Below, one piece after another: positions 22,145 through 30,658 of a stretch of DNA of 64,000 bases; the first letter of the stretch is position 1, and the number at the start of each line of letters is the position of its first letter. This DNA is from Dehalococcoidia bacterium (GTDB lineage Bacteria; Chloroflexota; Dehalococcoidia; Lucifugimonadales; JADFKI01), in contig CBDDBQ010000001.1 of assembly GCA_965225795.1 (NCBI GenBank), positions 9 through 64,008 on the forward strand, given 5' to 3'. The position numbers and the translations under genes are program-made. The notes below the pieces were generated by a model. The model had not been told where the DNA came from, did not search any database, and was given only the letters and a program-made list of their open reading frames with translations.

Positions 22145-22414
22145 CTAGTGTCCTGTCTTACAAATACCATACATTTGAGAGGCCGTGCCCGCGTTCAATG
22201 CAAGGCGCGCTCCGCAGGCAATGTCGGGCACCTTGCCAAGGAGGGCAACGCCGCAGTGGACGCGGACACGGCCTCCCGAAGGGCGCGCCCCACGCGGCCC
22301 GTGGCTTCGTTGCATCCCTTGGCAATGGTGCTGGCCATTCCCTGCGGGCCGCGCCTCGCTACGAACCGCGTGAGGCGCGCTCAAATGCATGGTATTTGTG
22401 AGACAGGACACTAG
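22145..22414. mobile_element. CTAG-bounded 270-bp palindromic MITE-like element between the SBP and permease genes
   Basis: The 35-bp terminal inverted repeats have 2 mismatches: CTAGTGTCCTGTCTTACAAATACCATACATTTGAG versus the reverse complement of 22380..22414. The interior is also an imperfect palindrome. The two mirror-image ORFs in the track (88 aa minus, 152 aa plus) are artefacts of that symmetry. Confidence 0.6.
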
Positions 22415-24087
22415 CCTTCGCGAATACGTGCGCGCGAATAATCGGGATCGGGCCCTATGGTGCGCCTGATCAATCCGTGCAATCGTGGATCGGCGACATA
22501 TACGAGCCCACGCTCGTAGTTGGGGATGATGGCTGCCTCGTCGATCAAAATGCGCTGGATCTCGCCGAAGGCACGCATGCGTTCCTTGGTATCGAGCGAT
22601 CCTTGGGCTATGCGTACCTGGGCATCGAGCTCATCGCTGCGGAACTGCCCCCGATTGTTCTTGTTCCATGAGGCAAATAGGTCTGCGTAGGTGAGCGGGT
22701 CATCGAAGTCGGGCGCCCATCCCGCGGCCACTAGGTCGAATTGGCCGAGTGTCATCTTTTCAAGGCGCTGTTTGAAGATTTGCGCGTCTATGCGGATCTC
22801 AAGACCGAGTTGTCGGCGGAGCACATCTTGAAAGTACTCGGCCTGCTTGAGGGAAGTCGGCGTATCACCGACCAGTAGCACAAGGGGAGGGAACTCGTCC
22901 AGATCGAGTTCGATGCGCGCCATTTCGAGATGTTTTCGGGCGAGATCTACATTGACCCGATGCGGAGGTGCGGGATACTCGCGCCTGAGAAAGTCATGCT
23001 CCCCCTTCAGCCAGGTTGGGAAGAGGCTCGCCCCCGGCAAGTAGCCCGGCAACTTGATGACTCGGTATACGAGCTCCGCGGGATCCGAAGCAAGATAGAG
23101 CGCCTTGCGTAGGTTGAGATTGCCGGTGAGCCTCCCCGGACGATGGTTGAATTCAATATAAAAGACGGTACCTTCGGCGAATCGACGAATTTGCCATCGG
23201 TTTCGCAGCGCGTTCTCCAGGGTGTCCTCCGAGAGCGTCACCATGGCCACCTTGCCGTCCTTGAATAGGTTCAGATGCGTGCTGGCGTCTGAGGTGATGA
23301 AGGGTATATGGATTTTCTCCAGCCAAATGGTGTCTTGATTCCAATAGAGTTGATTCTTGTCCATCTGAATCTCGGCACCATGAATCCACTTGGTCATGAC
23401 GAAGGCGCCGTTGAACAGCAAATCCTCCGCGTCCGCTCCGTAGCGTCCGTCACGGCTGTAGTAGAAGTCTTCACGAATTGGGTAGTAGGTGGTAAACGCG
23501 ACGAGTCGGTCGAAGAACGCGATAGGCCGCTCGAACTCGACACGCAGAGTAAAGTCGTCTTCAGCAATCGCGCCGAGCGCCTCGGATGGCATATCACCAA
23601 GATTGACGGCTTCGGCATTCTTGATGGGATACATGATGAAGGCATAGAGCGAAGCGGTTTCTGGCTCGAGCGCCTTGCGCCAGGAAAAAACAAAGTCGTG
23701 CGCGGTGACTGGCGATCCGTCGCTCCAGCGTGCGGATTCGCGTAAGTGAAATATTGCGGCTTCTGAATCCACTTCCCAGGACTCGGCCACTCCTGGCTGC
23801 AGGTTGCCCTGTCCGTCATAGCGCAGCAGCCCCTCCATGAGATGCCCAAGCAGCATGCCGCTGACCGCATCCGTCGCGCGCGAGCTGTCCATCTGCGGGG
23901 GCTCCTGCGAGATCAGTGCGCTGATACTTCTTTGTTCGAAGTCGATGGCCGCGCTGGAGCCGTCATCTACGAAGGTGAGATCGGCGAAATAGGCAAGCAC
24001 GAGCATGAAGGCGAGTACCGCGCCTACTGCGCCCAAGGCGAGCAGTGAGAGCGCCCAGATTGATTGCCAGAATGTCTTGTCAGCCAT
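22411..24087 (-). CDS. ABC transporter substrate-binding protein, family 5 (OppA/DppA/NikA-like), membrane-anchored
   Basis: 558 aa. N-terminal hydrophobic anchor, then SISALISQEPPQMDSSRATDAVSGMLLGHLMEGLLRY and an SBP_bac_5-like body. The start overlaps the vwa stop (TGATG). Confidence 0.85.
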   Translation of the reverse strand: MADKTFWQSIWALSLLALGAVGAVLAFMLVLAYFADLTFVDDGSSAAIDFEQRSISALISQEPPQMDSSRATDAVSGMLLGHLMEGLLRYDGQGNLQPGVAESWEVDSEAAIFHLRESARWSDGSPVTAHDFVFSWRKALEPETASLYAFIMYPIKNAEAVNLGDMPSEALGAIAEDDFTLRVEFERPIAFFDRLVAFTTYYPIREDFYYSRDGRYGADAEDLLFNGAFVMTKWIHGAEIQMDKNQLYWNQDTIWLEKIHIPFITSDASTHLNLFKDGKVAMVTLSEDTLENALRNRWQIRRFAEGTVFYIEFNHRPGRLTGNLNLRKALYLASDPAELVYRVIKLPGYLPGASLFPTWLKGEHDFLRREYPAPPHRVNVDLARKHLEMARIELDLDEFPPLVLLVGDTPTSLKQAEYFQDVLRRQLGLEIRIDAQIFKQRLEKMTLGQFDLVAAGWAPDFDDPLTYADLFASWNKNNRGQFRSDELDAQVRIAQGSLDTKERMRAFGEIQRILIDEAAIIPNYERGLVYVADPRLHGLIRRTIGPDPDYSRARIREG

Positions 24088-25454
24088 CAGCGTGTGATCT
24101 TCACCAGGTCCGACATGAGGCGTTCGAGGTGCTCGAGGCTATTGCATACACGCGCTTGATGGCAGTAGGGAAGGTAGGAACGCATTTCCGCATCGCCGAC
24201 GAACCAATTGCCACGCGGCTCCGGATTGAGCCAGATGACCCTGCCGGCGCGCTCATGGATTGTTTGCAAGAGGGCTTGACGCGGGTCTCCGAAGTTATTG
24301 CGCGCATCGCCAAGGATAATGATCGTGGTGCGATGGTCGATTTCGTCGAGGCAAAGATCATGCAGATCTCGGAACGCTCCCCCATAGTCCGTTGAGCCAC
24401 CGGAATACTCGTGCAATGTGCGTTGAATTGCAAGCTCTAGGTCACTATTCTCAAACCAACCCGTGACCTCGCCGAGGTGCGAGGAAAAGGCGAATGCGCG
24501 CACGCGCGGAACCACCGCCTCCAAGCTATAGAGAAACATGAGCATGAAGCGGGCGTAGTTCGCAACCGAACCACTGACGTCGCACAGGGCAAAAATCTTT
24601 GGTTTTCCTATCTTTTTTGACTTCCAGCGCAGATCAAACAGCGCGCCGTCGTAGCTCATGTTGCTACGCAGGGTTCTTGGAACGTGCAGGTGGCCGCGCC
24701 GAAAAACCTTGCGTTTGCGGGTCGCCATGGTTTCCAGCCGCTTCGCCATGCGCATCACCATGGCTTTCAGGTGCTTGAAGTTGCGCCGGTCGATGTTGGA
24801 CAGCTTCACTCGCTTGAGAAGCTCCTCGCGCAAGCGCCGTCCGTCGTGATCGGCATGCAGTAGGAACTCCCGCTCAACGAAGTCACGTACCTGGGTGCGC
24901 AAGCCTTCGCGGGCGCGTCTCAGGGCCTGCGCCAACTGTATTGCCGAGAGCTCTTCGCTGCTCTCGAGGGCGCTGATCTCGGCGTTGAGCTCGGCAAGCC
25001 CCATGTTGTCCATCACTCTGCGCGAGAAGAGTCCCTTCTGCGTGAAAAGCGCGATTGAACTGACGTTTGCGTCCCGGCCCGCTTGCGTCATGGAGAGCGA
25101 CAGTTGTGCGGCGTCTCCGCTCAGCAGCATCTGGCCAAGTTCGGACTCTGCAGAAAGTAAATCGGGCGCATCGCCTGCGGCCGGTTGCTCGGAGTCCTCA
25201 CCTGAGTCTTCTTCGGATTCTTGAGCATCGGCGCTCAGGGTGGCATGGTCAAAGAATCGATCAAAGCACAGAGAAAAGCGTTCTTTCTCTTCAGGGGTCT
25301 TAGGAAGGGTGAGCCAGAGCGCTCGCTTCAGAGCCCCGCGCTCGGAGTAGCCGATCAGGTTGGTTACGGCGAAGGCATCAAGAGTCTCCGCCGGGGATAC
25401 GCGCACTTCGGCGTTGCGCAGTGCTCGAACAAAGGAGAGGAGCGTTCTGTCCAC
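24087..25454 (-). CDS. VWA domain protein, CoxE-like
   Basis: MIDAS-type CDVSGSV, then GGSTDYGGAF and IIILGDARNN...VIWLNPEP as in VWA_CoxE proteins. Follows moxR after an 11-nt gap. Confidence 0.85.
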   Translation of the reverse strand: MDRTLLSFVRALRNAEVRVSPAETLDAFAVTNLIGYSERGALKRALWLTLPKTPEEKERFSLCFDRFFDHATLSADAQESEEDSGEDSEQPAAGDAPDLLSAESELGQMLLSGDAAQLSLSMTQAGRDANVSSIALFTQKGLFSRRVMDNMGLAELNAEISALESSEELSAIQLAQALRRAREGLRTQVRDFVEREFLLHADHDGRRLREELLKRVKLSNIDRRNFKHLKAMVMRMAKRLETMATRKRKVFRRGHLHVPRTLRSNMSYDGALFDLRWKSKKIGKPKIFALCDVSGSVANYARFMLMFLYSLEAVVPRVRAFAFSSHLGEVTGWFENSDLELAIQRTLHEYSGGSTDYGGAFRDLHDLCLDEIDHRTTIIILGDARNNFGDPRQALLQTIHERAGRVIWLNPEPRGNWFVGDAEMRSYLPYCHQARVCNSLEHLERLMSDLVKITR

Positions 25455-25465
25455 GGTGCGCCGCC

Positions 25466-26419
25466 TTACTCTTGCTTGGGCAAGGTGCTCCTCACCAGGG
25501 CCGGCACATCCAACGCGACATTCTCGATGTCTTCTTGGAATTTTAGGATGACACTCAAGGTGTCCTGAACCAACTCGGCGTCAAGGCGGTCGGCATGCAA
25601 GAGAAGCAGCGTACGCGCCCAGTCGATGGTCTCACTGATTGCGGGCACCTTTTTCAAGTCCATTTCACGCAGTGCTTGAATGAATGCCACAAGCTGCGCC
25701 CTGAGCGACGGCAGCACCTCTGGTACGCGCGCTTCGATGATGCGGTTTTCGAGTTCGGCATCAGGAAACGGAATGTAGAGATGCAAACAGCGGCGCTTCA
25801 GCGCATCGGAGATTTCCCGGGTGTTGTTGCTGGTGAGAAACACCATGGGTGGCGTGGCGCGTGCCTTGACGGTGCCTATCTCTGGAATTGAGATTTGATA
25901 GTCGGAGAGAAGTTCGAGCAGCAGCGACTCAAACTCTTGATCGGCCTTGTCCACCTCGTCGATGAGCAGCACGCAGCCATGCTCCTCTTGAAGCGCTTTC
26001 AAGAGTGGTCGTGGCTCAAGGAATTCCTCAGAGAAAAAAATGTCTCCAAATTCATGCAGCCGGCGAACCGAATCCGCGAGTCCCTTGGCGCCCTGCAACA
26101 CATCTTCGAGGGTCTCTTTGAGCACCTGGGTGTAAAGCAGTTGCTTGCCGTATTTCCATTCGTAGATGGCCTTGGCCTCATCGAGGCCCTCATAGCATTG
26201 AAGGCGGATGAGCGGCAGATCAAACATCATCGCGGCGGTCTTCGCGAGTTCGGTCTTTCCGACACCCGGCGGGCCTTCCACGAGGACAGGCTTTTTGAGG
26301 TGGTAGGCGAGGTAAACAGCCGCCCCTACTTGCTCGTTGCATACATAGCCTTGCCCGCGAAGTGATTCGACCACTCCCTCTATGGAGTGCACGAGTTCAT
26401 CGTGTGCCGGGCTACTCAT
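25466..26419 (-). CDS. MoxR-like AAA+ ATPase (CoxD-like)
   Basis: Walker A GPPGVGKT, Walker B LLIDEVDKA, about 317 aa, and MoxR-type C-terminal helical region. Confidence 0.9.
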   Translation of the reverse strand: MSSPAHDELVHSIEGVVESLRGQGYVCNEQVGAAVYLAYHLKKPVLVEGPPGVGKTELAKTAAMMFDLPLIRLQCYEGLDEAKAIYEWKYGKQLLYTQVLKETLEDVLQGAKGLADSVRRLHEFGDIFFSEEFLEPRPLLKALQEEHGCVLLIDEVDKADQEFESLLLELLSDYQISIPEIGTVKARATPPMVFLTSNNTREISDALKRRCLHLYIPFPDAELENRIIEARVPEVLPSLRAQLVAFIQALREMDLKKVPAISETIDWARTLLLLHADRLDAELVQDTLSVILKFQEDIENVALDVPALVRSTLPKQE

Positions 26420-26682
26420 TGCGTGCTCGCCTTGGGATCTTGGGACGGGTTTTTGCGCATCAGGCCTCCTTGTGCGACAGAGGCCGCGAGGATTCCCTTG
26501 CGAGTATAGAGGCGTCCGTGACAGAAACCACGCCCAGATGCCGCGACCAATGCCTGGGTGAGGGCCATTCGGAATTCCAGGAGAGCTTGAGCTCGGCGCA
26601 GCATTCTACCGGGACCCTGCTTCAGGCTTCGGGAGACACAAGGATTACAATTTAGTCTCGCCACCAAAGGAAACTCGAAGAT

Positions 26683-27156
26683 ATGCCGTCGCGACGCCAA
26701 CTCATTTCCATGTCCGAGCCCGAAGCCAAGGAGTTTGCGGCGACGCAGCAGACGCTCATCATCGTGTCGAACGGCGAGGACGGGTTTGCGCATCCCATGC
26801 CCATGTGGTTCGCCGTGGACGAGGAGGGCCGGTTTCTTGTCAGCACCTTTGGGCGCAGCCAGAAAGTACTGAACTTTCGGCGCGATCCGAGGGCGACGCT
26901 GCTCATAGAGGATGGCACCACCTATGAATCACTGCGAGGCTCGGTGGTCAAGGCGCGCACAGAAATTCTTGAGGATCCCGACCAGGTGGTGGATGCCATG
27001 GTGACTATGCGCTTGAAAGGCGCTGAGATATCTGACGCCGAACGCCAGAAGCTGCGAGCCGCGCTGCAGGGTGCCGCGGCCAAGCGCGTGGTCCTGCGCT
27101 TCACTCCAGAGAGTTCCTTTAGCTGGGATCACTCGAAACTTGGAGGGGTATACTAG
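26683..27156 (+). CDS. Pyridoxamine 5'-phosphate oxidase (PPOX) family / FMN-binding split-barrel protein
   Basis: QQTLIIVSNGEDGFAHPMPMWFAVDEEGRFLVSTFGRSQKVLNFRRDPRATLLIED is a typical PPOX-class pattern. Confidence 0.7.
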   Translation: MPSRRQLISMSEPEAKEFAATQQTLIIVSNGEDGFAHPMPMWFAVDEEGRFLVSTFGRSQKVLNFRRDPRATLLIEDGTTYESLRGSVVKARTEILEDPDQVVDAMVTMRLKGAEISDAERQKLRAALQGAAAKRVVLRFTPESSFSWDHSKLGGVY

Positions 27157-27188
27157 CTTCACGGACCGCTCTGGGAAGGAGAAGAGCT

Positions 27189-29738
27189 GTGCCCAATAAG
27201 CATTGCGCCATTGCTGCTGCTGCGCTCTTGGGTAGCTGGAGCCTCTCGTCCCTTGGGCAGGAGCCGGGCCACGAGCAGGCATGCCCCGAAGCTTCGGATG
27301 AAGCATCTCACGCACAGTTCATCGAAGAAGTCCTTGTTGTCGGAACGCGCCGAGCCGGTCGAGAGATCGACACGCTTCCTGTGCCGGTGGACATTCTTGA
27401 CGCGGAGCAGCTTGGTGCCCAGGGTAATGGTGACATGCTTGATGCGCTCGCCTCCCTGATTCCTTCCTACAACGTGGGGCGCGAGCCCATAAGTGACGCG
27501 GCCACGCTTGTCAGGCCCGCCAACCTTCGCGGCCTGCCCGCCGATAACACCCTGGTACTGGTCAATGGAAAGCGCAGGCACAGAAGCGCCGTGATCGGAG
27601 AGTTCATTTCCGGCATCAACAAGGGTGCGCAGGGTGTCGACCTAGTTCCGCTCGCGGGAATCGCCGTGAAGCAGGTGGAATTGCTGCGCGACGGTGCTTC
27701 GGCCCAGTATGGATCGGATGCGATCGCCGGGGTGCTCAATTTTGTGCTCGAGGACGACCCAGAGACTCGGCGCTTGCAAGTGGAACTCGGATCGACTTAC
27801 GAAGGCGATGGTGACCAGGTCGCAGTCGCGGGGTCGTTGGGCACTTCGCTCGGGTTCGATGGTTTTGCGACCTTGAGCTTTGAATTCAAGGACTCATCTC
27901 CGACCAGTAGAGGGTCTCAAGACCCCCAGGCTACACGCCTCAAAGAGAATGGATACGCGCCTATTGCCGATCCCGTGGTTATCTGGGGCGCACCCGAAGT
28001 AGAAGACGACTTCAAGGTCTTGTTCAACGCGGAATCGCATGCCGGCGAGGGGCACCTGTATGGCTTTGGCATTTGGTCGGGGAGAAAAGTAGACGGCAGC
28101 TTCTTTTACCGCAATCCCAACACCCGGAGAGGCGTGTTCGCGGATGCAACAGGCGAGAACCTGCTGGTTGCCGATCTGGCTCCGAATGACGGCGTGTCAT
28201 GCTTGGCGGTTCCGGTAATCGATGGCTTGGCGGACCCTGCCCTGAAGTCGGCGGTGATAGCAGATCCCAATTGCTTCATTTACAGCGAGCTTTTTCCTGG
28301 AGGCTTTACGCCGCGATTCGGGGGCGAGGTGAGTGATGTCTCCGCGGCACTCGGTTGGCGCAGCGAACTTGACAGCGGCCTTGGGATAGACATTAGCCTG
28401 TCAGCGGGGCGCAACGAAGCTGTGTACCGGATTCGCAACACGGTGAACGCATCCTACGGGCCCAACACGCCGGTCGCTTTCGAGCTTGGCAAACAGGTGC
28501 AGTTCGAGCGTCTCGTCAATCTTGATTTCACCTATCAGTTGGATGTTGGCGGGGTGTCCGACCTTAATATCGCTTTTGGCGCGCAGTACCACAAGGAAGT
28601 CTTCGAGATCGCCGCGGGTCAGACCGAGTCTTGGGCGCCTGGTGGGTTCGAGAGCCAGGGTTTTTCCGTGGGGTCCAATGGATTCCAAGGATTCAATGCC
28701 GATGTCGCTGGAGAGTTCGGTCGAGATAGCTACGCGGCCTATGTAGATCTCGACCTTGATGTGACCGAAGCTTGGCTGCTCTCGGGAGCACTTCGCTATG
28801 AGAAATTCGGTGACTTTGGCGATACCACCAACGGCAAGCTCGCGACCCGCTATTCCTTGAGCCCAAGGCTTGCCTTGCGCGGCGCCGTGAGTACTGGTTT
28901 CCGGGCCCCTTCGGTGGGGCAGAGCAATCTGCGCAGGGCTGCGACGACCTTTTCCGGCGGAAGGCTCGTGGAGTCCCTGACGTTGCCGCCTACGAATCCA
29001 GTCGCGATGCTCAAGGGGGGACGTCAGCTCCAGCCCGAGGAGTCGGTCAATTTGAGTTTTGGCGCTGTGTTCGCGCTCGGCGAAGTACAGTTGTCCCTCG
29101 ATTGGTTTCAAATCGAAGTGGAAGGTCGTATTGCGCTTACGCAGCAGGATCTCACCGATCAGGACCGCGCGGAACTCTTGGCATCGAACATTGTGGGCGC
29201 TGAGACAGTTACTGCGGTGACATTCTTTGTCAATGACATTGACTCTGAAACCAGCGGCCTAGACCTTGTCGCGCAGACAAACGTCGAATTCATCCGGGGA
29301 CAGCTTGGCCTGTCGCTCGCCCTGAATGTTACCGACACGCGAATTACAGACGCGGGCGTGACCCTGTCTGCCGCGGCCACAAGAGAACTCGAAGATGCCC
29401 TTCCGCGTCAGCGGGTCACCATGACCCTGGACTATCTTCGCGGGCCATGGCGAGGCGTGTTGCGTGTGAATCACTATGGAGACGTTTACGAACACTTGTT
29501 CAACGACGAAGGAACCCCGGTGTCCACGGAATCCATGGCGGTGATGGACTTGGAAGTCAGTCGCGAGCTGTGGTCAGGCTATACGCTGGCCGTTGGCGTG
29601 AAGAACGTCTTCGATTCGGTGCCGGACAAGCATCAATTCGCCGGTCTTGCGGGCTATGCCGGTCTCGACTTTCCGGCGAATCATCCGAGCGGATTCAACG
29701 GCGGCAGCTACTATCTGCGACTCACCGGCGAGTGGTGA
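27189..29738 (+). CDS. TonB-dependent receptor (paralog 1)
   Basis: GTG start after GGAAGGAG. Signal peptide, plug domain (LRGLPADNTLVLVNGKRR, VELLRDGASAQYGSDAIAGVLNF) and beta-barrel ending YYLRLTGEW. Confidence 0.92.
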   Translation: MPNKHCAIAAAALLGSWSLSSLGQEPGHEQACPEASDEASHAQFIEEVLVVGTRRAGREIDTLPVPVDILDAEQLGAQGNGDMLDALASLIPSYNVGREPISDAATLVRPANLRGLPADNTLVLVNGKRRHRSAVIGEFISGINKGAQGVDLVPLAGIAVKQVELLRDGASAQYGSDAIAGVLNFVLEDDPETRRLQVELGSTYEGDGDQVAVAGSLGTSLGFDGFATLSFEFKDSSPTSRGSQDPQATRLKENGYAPIADPVVIWGAPEVEDDFKVLFNAESHAGEGHLYGFGIWSGRKVDGSFFYRNPNTRRGVFADATGENLLVADLAPNDGVSCLAVPVIDGLADPALKSAVIADPNCFIYSELFPGGFTPRFGGEVSDVSAALGWRSELDSGLGIDISLSAGRNEAVYRIRNTVNASYGPNTPVAFELGKQVQFERLVNLDFTYQLDVGGVSDLNIAFGAQYHKEVFEIAAGQTESWAPGGFESQGFSVGSNGFQGFNADVAGEFGRDSYAAYVDLDLDVTEAWLLSGALRYEKFGDFGDTTNGKLATRYSLSPRLALRGAVSTGFRAPSVGQSNLRRAATTFSGGRLVESLTLPPTNPVAMLKGGRQLQPEESVNLSFGAVFALGEVQLSLDWFQIEVEGRIALTQQDLTDQDRAELLASNIVGAETVTAVTFFVNDIDSETSGLDLVAQTNVEFIRGQLGLSLALNVTDTRITDAGVTLSAAATRELEDALPRQRVTMTLDYLRGPWRGVLRVNHYGDVYEHLFNDEGTPVSTESMAVMDLEVSRELWSGYTLAVGVKNVFDSVPDKHQFAGLAGYAGLDFPANHPSGFNGGSYYLRLTGEW

Positions 29739-29748
29739 TTCGCTAGCG

Positions 29749-30441
29749 TTACGAATTGGGTGTTCTCGCGCACGCCCACACCACCACGCGTGACGCGCCC
29801 GCTTTCTTGAGGGCCTTGGTCGCGGCAAGGGCGGTGGCGCCGGTGGTGATCACGTCATCGATCAGTGCGACTCTCTGGCCGCAAAGCGGCTGGCGAACCT
29901 CGAAGGCACCGACGAGGTTCTTCAGCCGTGCTCGGCGTGAAAGCCCTGACTGAGCGCGCGTGTTGCGCCTTCGCTTGAGCAGTCCAAAGCGCACTGGGGT
30001 GCCAAGGCGCCTTCCGATGTCGCGCGCCAACAAGGCGGACTGATTGAAGCCGCGGGCCATCATGCGTTGCCAGGAGAGAGGTACGGGAACCAACATGTCG
30101 GGCTTTTCTGTTTCTCTCGCGAAGTGCGGCGCACAGAGTTCGGACAACAATGCGAGGCCGGTGAAGCCAGCGCGAAATTTGGCTTGCGAAAGCACTCGGG
30201 CAATCTCGTCCTGGTAGAGGAAGGGCGCGCGAGCGGAATCAAAGGCGAGGCGTCGAACTCGACACTGGTCGCACAGGCCCACCAGTTCCCGGTCGAGAGG
30301 CATGGCGCAGCCGTTGCAGGAGTGATGGTTCCAGGGAAGGCGCTGCTCGCAGACCTCGCACAGATCCAAGCGCCGACGGCTCAGGCAGCCGCACAGCAAA
30401 CAAATGCCGGGCAGAAAGGCGAACTGTAAGGATCGAAACAC
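29749..30441 (-). CDS. comF: ComF family phosphoribosyltransferase-domain protein
   Basis: N-terminal Cys-rich zinc-finger-like region (CLLCG...CEVCE...CNGC...CDQC) and PRTase motif VALIDDVITTGAT. Start placed at the in-frame GTG at 30441, because the longer ORF (to 30888) would overlap the next receptor gene and its promoter. Confidence 0.75.
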   Translation of the reverse strand: MFRSLQFAFLPGICLLCGCLSRRRLDLCEVCEQRLPWNHHSCNGCAMPLDRELVGLCDQCRVRRLAFDSARAPFLYQDEIARVLSQAKFRAGFTGLALLSELCAPHFARETEKPDMLVPVPLSWQRMMARGFNQSALLARDIGRRLGTPVRFGLLKRRRNTRAQSGLSRRARLKNLVGAFEVRQPLCGQRVALIDDVITTGATALAATKALKKAGASRVVVWACARTPNS

Positions 30442-30591
30442 TTGCTCAGCATAGCGGCTGAATCGATGCCTGGTTTGCGCTATCGACTTAATTGCTTGTG
30501 CGAGATCGACTATTTTCGGGTGCGGCCGAGCGGATTTGAGCGTGGGATGCGCCAATCGTGATCCCACTGTCACGCATTTTGGGAAAAGAAA

Positions 30592-30620
30592 TTGACAAGC
30601 GCCGGGTTCAACGGTAGGGT
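30592..30620 (+). promoter_or_regulatory. Putative sigma70-type promoter of TonB-dependent receptor 2
   Basis: TTGACA (30592..30597), a 17-nt spacer, then TAGGGT (30615..30620). It is followed by SD GGGGGAGG and the ATG at 30659. Confidence 0.35.
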
Positions 30621-30658
30621 TCGCGCATATGTAACACTTCAAATTGGGGGAGGTGACT

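Noticed and set aside
22145-22414. Mirror-image ORFs (88 aa minus strand, 152 aa plus strand) ending ...GICKTGH / ...GICETGH
   Set aside because: Their similarity is a direct consequence of the DNA palindrome. No start context or coding signal supports them.
30442-30643. Possible cobalamin or other riboswitch upstream of TonB-dependent receptor 2 (and 27157..27188 upstream of receptor 1)
   Set aside because: The leader regions are short, and I could not find a B12-box-like element or a conserved multi-stem architecture. Only a simple hairpin (TGGGATGCGCCAATCGTGATCCCA) and a promoter-like pair of hexamers are present.
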